A stretch of 64,000 nt of DNA from Lama glama. Its lineage: Eukaryota. The position numbers were made by a program, and so were the translations under genes. Positions 12,649 through 25,351 of this stretch are shown here, piece after piece. The stretch covers positions 45,944,001 through 46,008,000 of the forward strand of contig CM052817.1 of assembly GCA_028534125.1 (NCBI GenBank), in the 5' to 3' direction. Each line of letters begins with the position of its first letter. Position 1 is the stretch's first letter. The notes beneath the pieces were generated by a model, which saw nothing but the letters and a program-made list of their open reading frames with translations, was not told where the DNA came from and made no database searches.

Positions 12649-12873
12649 TTTAACAGAAACATATTACTATATATAAAATAGATAAACAACAAGGACCTAC
12701 TGTATAGCACAGGGAACTATTTTCAGTTTATTGTAATAACGTATAATGTAAAAAAATCTGAAAAGAAAATATATACGTATGTGTATATGTATGACTGAAT
12801 CAATTTGCTGCACACCTGAAGCTAGCATTGTAAATCAATTACATATCAATAAAACATTTTTAAGAAAAGAAAA
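12649..12873 (+). mobile_element. 5'-truncated L1 3' UTR (cetartiodactyl type) with 10-bp TSD
   Basis: 'ataaacaacaaggacctactgtatagcacagggaactat...caataaaa' plus A-rich tail. TSD aaagttggaa at 12639-12648 and 12874-12883. Confidence 0.9.
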
Positions 12874-13239
12874 AAAGTTGGAAAGGTTGAATATTTCAAA
12901 GGTAACTCTAATAAAAAAAAGTTGAATGTTATTTGAAACTGAATTTCAGTTCTGGAAGTTTTGCTTATTGCACATCTCAGTGTCCTGAATGGAGGCGCAC
13001 AAAGTCTACATCATTGTGACACAAGTACCCTCAGGCATTTCACTATCACTACCTCCCCTCCAAGGAAACCTGATGTTCTACACAGAGTGGACCAATGCAC
13101 AGCGGTGGTGATGCTCCCTTTCCTCTCCTTCATTCCAAAGAATTTAATACCTGTCAATGTGATAAGGAAGCAGTATCAGGTTTAGGGCATGAAGCCTGGG
13201 AGGGAGTAATTAAGTATTTTCTTCTTCTAGATCTCCTTA

Positions 13240-13420
13240 ACACACACACACACACACTATACATATATATATACACACACACACACATATATATATAATT
13301 TATATATATTTATGTATAATTTTTATATATTATATATACTTATATATAGCTTATACATATAAATTTATATTACATAATGATATTTAATTCTGTTTAATAT
13401 ATTTGTTTATATATCTTTAA
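13240..13420. repeat. Compound (CA)n/(TA)n microsatellite and AT-rich low-complexity tract
   Basis: Directly visible dinucleotide runs. Confidence 0.95.
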
Positions 13421-14739
13421 TTCATTTGCACCTCTTCACTCTTCCAGCAGAAATTGCTTTTTCATGGCTAACCCTTATGCTCTATTTCATGTACTTGCAT
13501 TTCAGGAGCACAGATTCATTTAGACAATGCCTCAGGAACTCTGAGTTCTCTATACTGGATTCCTGGACTTAGGTGAAGGATCCAGCTGCCTCGAGTTAAT
13601 ATGGATGGTCCAGGCATGGGCAAAAGAGTGTCAAATTTGAGGTCCAAAGATCCATTTTGGCCCCAGCCCAAATACCTCCAGCTATGGAGGCCAGAATGGA
13701 AATGATGACACAAAATGATCTGCCTGAGTCAAAAGGGGTAAGCCAAATTCAACTTTAAACTTGGAGGACTATTCAAGGGAGTTACCTGAATAGTGCCTTC
13801 CCTCTGAGCATGAGGCAGTAAGTTCAGTCTCCTTTGGAGAGCAGCCAGCCTTAGGACCTGATCTCTTTACTCATCTCTTTACTCATCTCAGGCTCAATTC
13901 CTTCCTAAATTCCCCTGCCGACAAAGAATTCCTGGGCTGAGGAGCCATGTCTGTAAATCTGCCTCAGTTTAAAATTCTACCTTCTCTGCCAAGGAGTGGA
14001 AGATAAGAGAAGTCGAGTTTGTGGAAAGGAATTAAGGTAGTCATTTGTCTCATAGCATGAAGAAAGGTACAAGAAGTTCATTATTATACTTAGTGTATAT
14101 GAGTTGTCAGAATTCCACTCCAGGAGGACAGGGATTTTGGCTTGTTTACTGTTGTCTTGAAAAGTACCTGGTAAAAGAGCGTATTAGTTGAAAAACTGAA
14201 TCCGAGCATTGCTGAAGCCCTTACATTCTGTCATACTTATCAGAGTCTGAGAGTTCATTTGGCCCTAATAAAGAAATTCCCCTGCATCAGGTCTCAGGGC
14301 AGATCAAAAGAGGAAAACCCATTCTAATGAGCTCAGATCCATGTGATACTCATGATTTTCATTTGCAAATGCATAGCAGTTTGAGAACAGAAAATGTCAA
14401 CATATATCCCTGAAGATACTTGTCAGCTGGCCAACAGGTCTACTAGACCAGGTGAACAGATAACCCACTAGATAAGCCTTCCCCAGTTTCAACACTCAAG
14501 AAAATCATTTACCAGACAGAGGAGCCTAGCTTCCTCCTGCACGCAATGGGCAGGTGAGGGCAGAGAACAAGGGCCATACGCCAGGATTTTTGCTCCATTT
14601 CAAGTATTGCAGGGTAATCACAGGCTAGCCAGGGTGATCTGGGGCCAATTTTCCCCCGTGCAGCATTCCACTGGGTCCCTGTCAGAGGATCCATGTGTCA
14701 AATCACCTTTGACTTGACTCTGGAAAACCCCATTCTTAC

Positions 14740-14853
14740 CTAAGCAAGGTCGAATGAAAAAAATTCCATAAATAGTTAATGTTAACTTCCAGTGGGAACC
14801 AGCTCCTCTTTTGCTTGTTTTTGCACAAATACGAACTAAACCAGCAGGCAATC
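14740..14853 (-). other. Candidate spliced exon (114 nt), unassigned transcript
   Basis: Minus strand: gtccttttcctag|GATTG...TGCTTAG|gtaaga. Length is a multiple of 3 and two frames are open. No homology recognised. Confidence 0.25.
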
Positions 14854-15529
14854 CTAGGAAAAGGACTAGGAGCACCTTTCTGGACACTTGGCTGAACTTG
14901 GTGCTCTACTCTCCCACTGAGTTATTACAAAGCAGCTAAACTTCATACCTGAAATCTAATGACTTTTAAAGATGTAAGAAATTACGTAGTTTCATCTCTA
15001 AGGAAAGGCAGTAGAAAAGATATTCTTATCTCCATCTGTGACTCTCCTGTCATTGTTCTGTGCCGATCTTTAGATGTACAGACAGAATATGGTCCCAGCA
15101 ATCAAACAGGCAACAGAGCACCTTCAGATTCCCATGAACCTTCAGTCCTAAGAATAGACAAGTCTGTGTCACAAAAGAGAAGAAATCGAAAGCAGTTGGG
15201 CAGTTGGTTTCATTCAAAAATGTTAAAATATCCCCTCCCAGTGAATGAGCTTTGGTTTTAATTTTTATTTAGGTTTTCTTTGTAGCCTTTAAAACTTTTC
15301 CCTGCTTACGTCTTCCCAACTCTCACCACCTTACTTTAGTGGATAATATTCAGTATTTCCTTTGGTGCTGTGAGAAAATGTGTTGGAGGGATGAACAGAA
15401 ATGTCCATAACTAATAATTATCCAACTGTTATTATGTGCCAGGCTTACAATAACTCCATGAGACAAGTTCTATACTAGCCTGAGATTTGAAATGAATATT
15501 AAAGTAATTTGCTTTACTGTAAAAAAAAA

Positions 15530-16590
15530 ACTTATTAACTCAGAATTGAACATTAAGCTAAGAACTTAAACTATAAATAAACCTAGAAGAAATCATAAAA
15601 TATTTGTAAACTTGAGTAGGCAAATACTTTTTAGATAGACCAAAAAAAGTCATGTTTTTGAAAGATGTTAAGAAATTGACCAGGCAAATCACAGATTGGG
15701 AGAAAATGTTTGCAAAGGTATATCAATAAATTATTCTTGTGACTAAGTAAGAGAAGGATAACCTGATGAAATAATTTGAACAGACACTTCCCTAAAAAAG
15801 ATATATGAATGGCATAAAAATACATTAAAAGATGTTCAACATCTTTAGTCATCAGGGAAATGCAAATTAAAACCATGACAGGATACCACTACACACCCAC
15901 AAGAATGGCTAAAATCCAAAAGAGTGACAATACCAAGAGATGGTAAGGATGTGTAGCAATTATAGTTTTCATGTATCAATATGGGAATGCAAAATACTAC
16001 AACTGCTTTAGAAGACAGCTTGGCAATTTCTCATATAAATATACACTTACCATATGACCCAGCCTTCCCAATCTTAGAAATTTTCCAAAGGAAAATGAAA
16101 ACATATGTCCACAAAAGTGTGTGTGTTTTATTCATAAATCAGCTTTTTAAATAATAGCCCCAAACCAAAAAGAAAAAAAAACCCAAAAAACCCAAATCAA
16201 CTGATGAATGGATCAATAAATTGTATTATTATAGCCATATGATGGAATATAACTTAGTCAAAAAAAAAAAGGAAACAGACACCTATACAAGCAGCAACAT
16301 GAACAAATCTCAAATCATGCTGGTTGAAAGAAAGCTGGCACAGAAAACTGCACATGTCTGATTGTATTTGTATGAAATTATGGAAAAGGCAAAACAGTGT
16401 CAGAAAGCAAATCAGTGTTTGGCAGGGGTCAGCAGTAGGAAGAGGAGAATTTAGGGTAATGAAATCTCCTGTTTCTTCACTGTGGTGGTGGTTTCAAGAC
16501 AGGCTACATTCGTCAAAACTTCTCTGAACTGTACACTTAAAATGGGTACGTTTTTGTTATACATAAATTATGCCTCAATAAAACTGATGG
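15530..16590 (+). mobile_element. Old L1 (L1MC/MD/ME-like) ORF2 end plus 3' UTR
   Basis: 'aagatgttcaacatctttagtcatcagggaaatgcaaattaaaaccatg', ending in 'gtacacttaaaatggg...aaattatgcctcaataaa'. Confidence 0.9.
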
Positions 16591-16744
16591 AAAACGTCTA
16601 AGTTAGTGTGCCAGGATTCTCTGAAGAGATATTAAGAAGCTGCTGCCCTTCTCCTTTCCTTGTGTACAGCACACTTACCCCATGACTGTGGCATTGGAAA
16701 TAGGTTTTCCATAAGCCACCATCAGGCAGGGCACAGATACAGCC

Positions 16745-16945
16745 CAGAACTGTGCTGTCTTGTGTAAGAGCCACTAGACCCATCTGGCTAAACTAAAATT
16801 AAATACAATTTAAAATTCAATTTCTTAGTCACACTAGCCACATTTCAAGAGCTGAACAGCCACATGTGACCAGTGGCTGCTGTATAGGACAGTGCAGTTA
16901 TACAAAGCACATTTTTCTTTGTCACAGAAATTGGCCCATGCTGGC
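16745..16945. mobile_element. MER3-like hAT-Charlie MITE
   Basis: 'cactagccacatttcaagagctgaacagccacatgtgaccagtggct...ggacagtgcag', with imperfect inverted ends (ctgtgctgtct / ggacagtgcag). Confidence 0.8.
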
Positions 16946-17059
16946 CTAAAGGAACACATTCCTGAATAAATTCTGTAAGCAAATAGCAAATGCAGACATC
17001 TAAAAGCCTTCTGGTTTACAAAACTCAAGCTTTGTTGAAAGAGAAAGACAGTATGCCTT

Positions 17060-17490
17060 CCCCCATCTGCACAGAGGGTATTAGAGCATCTAAGAGTGAA
17101 TGGTGAACTTAGAGTCGTACTGAATAGGACAGAGTAAGCAGACTATGGAACTGGTCATGGTGGGTGTCATAACTTTTTAAGGAAGGTGTCAGCCTGCAAG
17201 AACAAAGACTAGTCAGTATCAACAGACACCCAGAAGTTATCAGCAAAGACTGAGAAAGCAAGGCCGACCAAGCATCCTTCTCAGAATGCCAGGACAGCAG
17301 TCAAGCCCCCTGAGACCTCAGGGGAGTAAGCGGTCCTAGAGTTTGACTTGAGAGCTACTTAAGGAAGACATGGGCTTTAAATGGAGATTCTCAAGTTACC
17401 ATGAATTAGCAAGACAAAGCTGTCGACCACCAATAGAAATATGCCTTGTAACCTAACAAGAATTCTGTTAGAGGGAAATAAAGAAATACT
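17060..17490. mobile_element. Possible ancient LTR remnant
   Basis: Purine-rich LTR-like composition ending near AATAAA; family not securely recognised. Confidence 0.25.
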
Positions 17491-18439
17491 GTTGCAGCTC
17501 AAAAAATTTATCTAACTTTATCCAATCAGAAGTTTCTAGCAATGATTCAAAATAATATATTTCCTATCCCTACCTCGTACACATTCATACATATATAACC
17601 AAAGAAAAGTTTACCCTAGTTACTTGCAGCACAATATATTTTCTATCCTAATCTATTTTATTTCATTTAAAAATAAATGTTGATCTAGATTGAGTAAATT
17701 CTTCTCGTGACCCATTAAAGGATCAAAATCCAATTATAAATACAGTGAAATAAATTTTCATTTGGAAAGGAGAGTGAGAATGAGTTAGCATAAATGGTAT
17801 TAAGTAAGAGTTATACTGTGTCATTCAGATAATCATGTCATTTTTTTCAAGATGGGAGTCACGGGGTTTTGGTAAGTAGATCAGTAAAAAGAATGATGTA
17901 ATCATTCCTCAATCTTTACAATTTCTAATCTAGAAGAGGAAAGTTCAAAGAGTAGAGAGTAGAGAAGAAAGATGGTTTATTGCTTTCTCTGAAACTAGTT
18001 ATTTACAGATGAAAAGAAGCAGCTGACAGAAAAGGAAAAATGCATCACTAAATTTAAACCAAAATAGACAAGGAGAGAAAGTGATAAATGGATTTTGTCA
18101 CCAAGACTCTGCATGAGAAAAGTAAAGGGAAGTAACACAGATGGAGTACCTACCAGCTACAGAAGGTTGAAAGAAGTACATAGCAAAGCGAGGAATCACT
18201 GGAATAAGCCAGCCTGGCCATTCACAAAATAGGCTTAAGGTCTAGTTCTGGAGCTAGAAATTTAATTTTGTTGGACTCCTAAACTTGATCAATTGCTTGA
18301 GGGTACTCACACTAACCAAACACAGAAGAGATTATCCTATAAACCAGCGTGCCAACGCATGTATTTGCAATGGGAAATGAAACTCCTCAGCCAGCCAGCC
18401 ACTTTCTCTGGATTGCCCATTCTGTGCCTCTAGAGTGAT

Positions 18440-18625
18440 ATTTTTGGAGGACCATCCATATAAGAAATCATCAGCATTTGTTGAAAATTAAAATTTCTCA
18501 CCTTGACCCTTCAGAATGAGCCTTTTGGGGGTGAGAAGAAGAGGGGAGGGGAGGAGATCTGCATTTTTAGCTATCGTTCTCCACTGAATTCTGGTCACGC
18601 TAAAATGTTAGACAAATACTGGTCT
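18440..18625. mobile_element. MER5-like hAT-Charlie fragment
   Basis: 'tcagaatgagcc...gatctgcatttttag...gaattctgg'. Confidence 0.5.
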
Positions 18626-18739
18626 GGGTCCTTGGAGCTAAATGAATTCTAGGTGGGGAGGCTGGTAAATTCACTCAAGAATCACATTTTCCAAAAAATG
18701 TGTCAATTATAGGAACACAAAAAAAGGGCTGGATAGAGA

Positions 18740-19045
18740 CACACATGGCATGTTTTTGAGTGGAAAGAATTAGTACTGTAGAGATGTTGTCTTTTCCCAA
18801 ACTTAAGGCAATTCAAATCAAAATCACAGTGTTTTACCTGGGAAGCTTATATTTAGTTTCTTCTGGAGAAAAACGATGAATGAGAATAACCAAGAAAAAT
18901 TTGAAAAACATAGTAACAAGGGAGGACTTGATCTTTCATGTTGTGAAATATATTGTAAGTCCATTGTGAGTAACAATCTGGAACTGGCATGGCAATAAAT
19001 CAGTAGGACAGAAGTTAACGATTCAGAAATAGATCCTACTTACAC
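18740..19045 (+). mobile_element. Old L1 (L1ME-like) ORF2 fragment
   Basis: 'gcaattcaaatcaaaatc...aaccaagaaaaatttgaaaa...ggaggacttg...gaactggcatgg...cagaaatagatcc'. Confidence 0.7.
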
Positions 19046-19279
19046 GTGAAAACTTTCCTCCCGTGTTTTGTCACTGTTAATCACGAGCTCATCTTCAGTG
19101 GAGGCTGTTTTCCAGTACAGTCCTCAGAGTTTCTGGACTGTAGCTGGTTGAGCTGAGAAGGAAACTAAGGTCATCTAACTCTAAAGCCGAAGTAACTAAC
19201 CACCACATAACAGAATCTCCCCAACAAATATGTGAGATTAGCTAGGAGCTAAATGAATTCTAGAAGGGGAGGCTGGTGA

Positions 19280-19345
19280 ATTCATTCATTCATTCAACAA
19301 ATATTTACCGAGTACTTCCAAGTTCTGTTCTAAGAATTCTGACAC
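19280..19345 (-). mobile_element. L2 3' tail
   Basis: 'cattcattcattcaacaaatatttaccgagtact'. Confidence 0.7.
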
Positions 19346-19349
19346 ATGA

Positions 19350-20880
19350 ATCGCATTATTTTACCTATTGTAGCTCTGTAATGTATTTTAATATCTGGTA
19401 GACCAAACTTTCTTAATTACCTTTCTATTCTAAAATAGTCTTAGCTAACTTTTGAGAATGGCACATTGTAGGAATTCTTTTTTTTATGGATAACAAATTG
19501 TTTTAGTCTGATTATTGAAATATCTTTCCTTCCCCCCAGTGCTTGAAATGTCACCTGTATCATATACCAAATTTCCATATATATGTTGGGGCTCTTTCTA
19601 GTTTCTCTCCTCTTTTCCATTGCCTTCCTGGTTCACCTCAGAGCTGATATTATATTGTCTTAATTACTATAGCTCTCTACAAGTTCTTGCTTCCAATAGA
19701 GCAAATCTCCTAACTTCGAAATTTGGTTGGCTCTCCTTGGCCTTGTGTATTTTTTTCTATGTAACTATTTAATATGAGCTTATCAAATTTTATAAATAAT
19801 CTTCTTGGTATTTTGATTGGAATTTTTGGAATTAGATTAAATTAAAGATAAATGGCATCATTACAACAAAGAGGTGTTTTATTCATAAACATGTAATAGC
19901 TCTTCATATTTTTAGGTCTTCTTTTTTGTCCTTCAATAAAAATTTTAAAGTTATCAGCATATATGTCTGTACTTAGGTAAATTACTGTGTACCTTATGTT
20001 TTCCTTGTTTTTTGAATAAGATTTTTCAATTAAATATTATTCTTCTAATTTTTACATATTGATATTGCTTCTAGCATTCTTGTAAACTCTTAATAATTTA
20101 AAAAATATTTGTAAATGTTTTAAAATTTCTATATAGAAAATGATATGATCCACAAATAATTGTAGTTTTGCTTTCTTCTTCCCAAACTTTCTAAGTTTAT
20201 TTTCTGCTTACTTGATTAGCCAGAATCTCCATTACAATGCTAAACAGAAATGGTGAACATTTCTATTTTAATGGGATGTTTGTTATGTTATACTATTAAA
20301 AATGATACTTGCTGTAGGTTTCTGGTAGATATTCTTTAACAGGTTAAGGAAGTTTCCTTCTATTCTTGTTTTGGTATAAAAACCTTAAAATTATTTTTAT
20401 CGTGAATATGTATTTATGGTTATCAAAATGTTTTCTGCCTCTGTTGAAATTATTACATAGTTTTTTCTTCTTTAATCTATTGGTGTGATAAGTTACATTT
20501 TATTGATTTTCTTATCTTAAATTATTTTTGCTTTCCAGGGACAAACTATACCTGTTGATGGTACACAATCTTTTTTATGCATAGCTGGATTTGGCTTTAC
20601 ACTACTTTGTTAAGAAATTTTGCATCTTTTTTCACAGACCAAGTTAGCTAGCAGTTTTATTTGTTTGTTCCCTTACCTCTTCTTTGATTTAGTATCGTGG
20701 TTATACTGCTTCTTTAAATGAGCTGGGGAGTGTGTTCTTCTTTCTGTTCATTAGAAAAGTAAAGGGATTAAAATTTTTTATCATATAAAGTTGGATAAAA
20801 CACACGTATAAACTGGGATGGATGTCTCTGGAAAGTTTTTTTAAAAAATAATTTTAGAATTTTTCAGTCTATTTCTTTTG
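19350..20880 (-). mobile_element. Old L1 (L1ME-like) ORF2 segment
   Basis: T-rich antisense L1 ORF2 motifs: 'ggtattttgattggaatt', 'gctgtaggtttctggtagatattctttaacaggttaaggaagtttccttctattc'. Confidence 0.8.
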
Positions 20881-20920
20881 AATCAGTTTTAAGAGGAATA
20901 TATACTTTTTCCTCAGTCTT

Positions 20921-21123
20921 AAAATTTTTAATGAAATATAGTTGGTTTACAATGTGTTATTTTCTGGTTAACAGCATAGTGGTTCAGTTATACATATATA
21001 TAATCCTTTTCATACTCTTTTTCATTACAGGCCATTACAAGGCATTGACTACAGTTCCCTGGGCTGTACAGTAGGTCCTTGCTGTGTATCTGTTTTATGT
21101 GTCGTAGGGTGTATCTGCTAATC
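20921..21123 (-). mobile_element. Short young L1 3' end with probable TSD
   Basis: 'tgaaatatagttggtttacaatgtgtt...gttccctgggctgtacagtaggtccttg'. Flanks cctcagtctt (20911-20920) and cctctgtctt (21124-21133). Confidence 0.85.
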
Positions 21124-21133
21124 CCTCTGTCTT

Positions 21134-21278
21134 GAGTGCTCATCAGTTTCACCACAATATGTCTAAGTGTAGACTTGTTTTTATGTGTCCCACTGGGTAA
21201 TATATTAAGTTTCTTTTATTTATGGATTTGTGTTTTTAATACTACTTGAATATTCTCAGCTATTATGTCTTCAAATTG
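21134..21278 (-). mobile_element. Old L1/HAL1 ORF1-region fragment
   Basis: 'tatgtctaagtgtagacttgtttttat...attctcagctattatgtcttcaaat'. Confidence 0.4.
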
Positions 21279-24200
21279 TGAAAGTGAAAGACAGACATCC
21301 AGACTCATTCTACATGATATTAGCAGATGAATTCAGTGAAAGGCAGGTATCTGTGCTTATGCCAGGTGACATAAGCAGAGGGGTCCCTCCGGCAGCCAGT
21401 GCAGCGGCGGCGGCAGCAGTGATCACGGCGAGAATTCTGGGGCACTTGCATATTGGTTTTAGAGTCAGAGCCGTGAGGTTCAATTTTCCCTTTCCATGAG
21501 GAGAATTTCCCATTACTGCCAAGGGTGGATGGTTTACCGTTAATTGTATTAAGGGGTATACTGTAATAAATCTAAAAGTGTAATTTCTCAGATGACAGTT
21601 AATTTGATTATTGATTTTACTTTTCTATTTGCAATTTAAAATCTGATCAACTGGAAATGTAGTGTCCTGTAACTCCACCTGTCCACTTAAAAATATATGT
21701 TTTAAACTAGCTTGTTAAGTATCTTGTATCTATATTTATTGGCCAAACATACGATTTACTTCCTGTTTGTTTCTTTTGTCTGTTTTCTCAGCTTAGTGAT
21801 TTGTAGAATACACACATATACCCTGAATCTTGAATTTTTTCCCTTCTTATATATGATGCTCTTTTCGTGAATGGTGACTTTTCGAAGTACATTCATGATT
21901 TTTCTTGCTGATAAATTTCACCTCCTCGTACCATCACATTATATTTTTAACTTTAGTTTTTGGAGCTAAAAACTGTTGAACCTGAAGAATTCGAGTATCT
22001 TTTCATTATTTTCTTTCATTGAAAAGGAGGCAAAACCTTGTGAATGGATCCTATTAAAGACACGGTTAAAAAAGCAAATACTCTGTTAAAATTAAGTACC
22101 ATCTATATGACATTGATATAGCATACACATTATCAGAAAAAAAAATCTTAAGGTTAAGAAAAAAGATAAAAATTACCCAGACAATTGACAAGTACTGTTG
22201 TCACATGAAACTTCTTTTTTAAAATGTGGGAGTCAACTTCCTTCTCCACAACTTCTTACTTTCCAACTTCTGAGCTCAGTTCCAGGTCAAGACAGGTAGT
22301 AATACTCTATTATTTCCAAGCATCTCCGACAGCAAATAGATTTTTTCCTGCCAACTCTTTTCCTTGACGTTTGAAATCTATTCAGGAGGGGAAGATGTTT
22401 ATCAAACACCAGTAAATGTGAAGTTTACAATTATACCTCTCTTTTTCCTCATGGGTCTTCCAATGCCTGAACCAAAACCTGTACATAGTAGGTATTCAAA
22501 AATGTATTTGACAATAAAGAAATGGAAAAACAAGAGAAAGCCAGAAAAAAAAATGATACCGAATTATCCTTTTCTATTTAAAACGGAACAGCTGAGTCCT
22601 TCAGAGGCGTAAAGACGTCTTGCCTTCCAGTTTGAGGCTGATGCTGTGTTGTCTCTCCTCAGAGGTGGTCTCATCCTGAGACGTGCCCTGAGTGGTAGGA
22701 CAGAAGCCAGACTGCCTGCATCCAAACCGGATGGTTCACCTAGAGTATAGTTATTAATTTGTGATTATACGCCCTGAAATGTAGAATGTAACGACTGCTA
22801 AGTTTTTCTTTTTTGCTTCTACTGTATTTCATGGAAGGAGAATACCAGAGTTTGTTTGGGGGCAAATAGTGATCTATGATGCGATTGACTTCAAGTTATT
22901 TTTAAATGAGAAGGAGAGTAAAATGTGTAGATTGCTTGTTTTTCCCACTTTTTATTTATCTTCAAAGACACAATCCAGAGAACAAATTAAGTATTTCATA
23001 TGCTTGCAGAAACAATAGCTAATTACTTGGCTCTAAGATGCAAAATAGAGGCAAGATGCCACCACTCTTCCTTCTTGTTCATGGTGGGGGCGAGGAGTGA
23101 CTTTTCCTGAAGTCCAGATGCAACCTCAGTATAACATTCTTAGCATCAGTGCCACTTGGTCAGAAGGGATGTTCAGTTAAACATACTTGCTGGCTCCAGC
23201 TTAAGTAGTAATATGCATGTAAGTAAAGACTGAGGATGTAAGTAGAGAACAGAGCACGTATCTTACAGGTTTTGTATCCTTAGCTGAGTTAGTAGGAAGC
23301 ATTTAATGAAAATCTGAAAACTCTATATAAAGAATTCATTGAAATTTTTTTCTAGCTTTAGTCTGCTGCTTTAAGATGACAGAACTAGAGTTCTGCCTTT
23401 GTTACTGTTACCTGTAATGATAAGTATCTTTTTGGAGGTGAGCTTGGGTTTCTCATGGTCTCATTCTACAGTGGTAGTAGGCATTATACAATTTAGCACC
23501 TCTGTTTCTTCCTGGAACTTGTTTTTAAAAAGGAGAGCATAGTTGCTTGAGACTATGAACTAGGAGGTGAGGTGGCTCATGAAGCTAGCAGCAGTCAAGA
23601 GGGGAGGGCTTCTGGCTCATCTTACAGTTGCCCCCGGAATGAGCTGATGGAGAGGAGAGGAACACACAGAAGGAGGCCATGTGTCAGTGTCAGCAGGGGT
23701 GGGACTGGGATCTTATCGCCCAGACAGCGGTTTGGTGATGAGGTCACAGGTCTGCATGGCCAAATCGTATATTTAATCTTGGTGATTTACCCAAACTCAT
23801 ATGAGTTAATGACCGGACAATAGCTGAGGTCTTCCGGGAAAAAATGGGAGGGTGAGCTCACAAAATCCACACTCTGACGGCACCCTCTCCTCAGGGTCCC
23901 CCCAGGGTACCCAAAGCCTGTAAGTGAGTATGGTTGCCACCTATGAGTCAGAGGCTTTAGATCAGGGTTGGGAGTTTACTCCCGCCTCGGCCCCGCCCTT
24001 ACCGTATTACAGCAGTCACTCACCTTGTAAATTATGCTACTTTATTTTATCTTGTCCCCTAAAGGCAAACTTATTTAAAATATTACGTTCTGGGTGAACA
24101 ATATCTTGTCTTTGATCTCTCCATCCCCCTGGAGTATTGAATCAGTCCTGACTAATGACTGATTTTGTGTGCCCAGTATCTCAGGATAGCTTTCAGTGTC

Positions 24201-25214
24201 AGGGTTTTATTTTTCAGATGTTGAGAACTGACTATTTTAAACCCTGGAAGGGGCGAGGGTTGAAGCTAGGGGTGGGGTCTCCCGTGCCCATCCCAGTTGC
24301 TCGAGAGCCCTGCCCTGCATCTCAGGTGTGGACTCTGCCTGCTTGATGGTCTTCCTCTAGCCAAGCCTTTGGTGAGATCGCGTGTTTGGGGCTATGTGCA
24401 AGCTGAGCTGCACTGGGGTGCTATCTCGGCCTGGGCAGGACATCCTTGGGCACAGGCGAGATGGAGGACTCACTGTCTGTGCCTGGACAAACTGCAGTTG
24501 TTCACCTGGACTCTCATGCCACTCTTTCACTATTTCTGAAGAAAGTTCAAAATTTGGGTGATAATAATCATGGTTTTCCACATACTAGAGAAATGAATAC
24601 CATACAGTTAAGGCATAGAGAAGTACCTCAATGGACAAGACATGGAACTAGGAGATCCTAGGGAGAGCCATGGTGCTCTTGTTTAGAGTGCCTCTCTCTG
24701 GGTCACCCACTTCTGTCTCACAGCCCTGTCAATAGCATTGGTGCCTGCTTACCTCTAAGTAGGTTTAGGTGGTCCTAAGAATATGGGGTTTCCTCTAACA
24801 AATGGAGGGACTTGGGGAGAATAGAGGTTGTACATTGTTTGATGTTCGTGGAGTCAGAGTCCATACCAAGGTGATGCTACCAAAGCAGAGACTACAGGGG
24901 AAGTGAGAGGAGTGCTGCTCCACCCAGTGGTCTCAGAGCTTTGACGAACATTTGCAGTGGTTCAAAAATTTAACTCAGAGGAATTTTGAGGGATAAAGGT
25001 CAAAATGATTTTATTATGTCAGGCCCTTTCCTCAGACATGCTTAGAAGTTTCGAGCACATGTGTCTTACTAGGATTTGCATTCCTAGTGTCTAGTGCAGT
25101 ATGTGATAGGAAATGGGTTTGCAACATATTCGTGCAGAATAAATGAATTACTTTTGAAGGTTTCAGACTTCTACCATCTCCTCATCAAATGGTACTTTGA
25201 TCTAGCTCTCAAGA

Positions 25215-25300
25215 TGAAGAGAAAGAGGGAGAGTGAAAGGGAAAGGGAGAGGAAGAAGGAGAAGGATGAGAGAAAGAGAGAGAAGGGGGAAAGAGAGATT
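25215..25300. repeat. GA-rich low-complexity tract
   Basis: Near-pure purine run. Confidence 0.9.
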
Positions 25301-25351
25301 GATTTATGAGAGACATTGATGGTAAGGTGTCAATAGCCTAATGGATCATCC

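Noticed and set aside
13858..13890. 12-bp tandem duplication (atctctttactc x2)
   Set aside because: Ordinary slippage duplication; no spacer structure, so not an array.
21230..21522. Poly-alanine ORFs on both strands
   Set aside because: Produced by a short GCN repeat. The plus ORF starts in L1 debris and neither resembles a known protein. The DNA itself is reported as a finding.
25094..25309. ORF with an E/R/K-rich C-terminus
   Set aside because: Translation of a GA-rich simple repeat.
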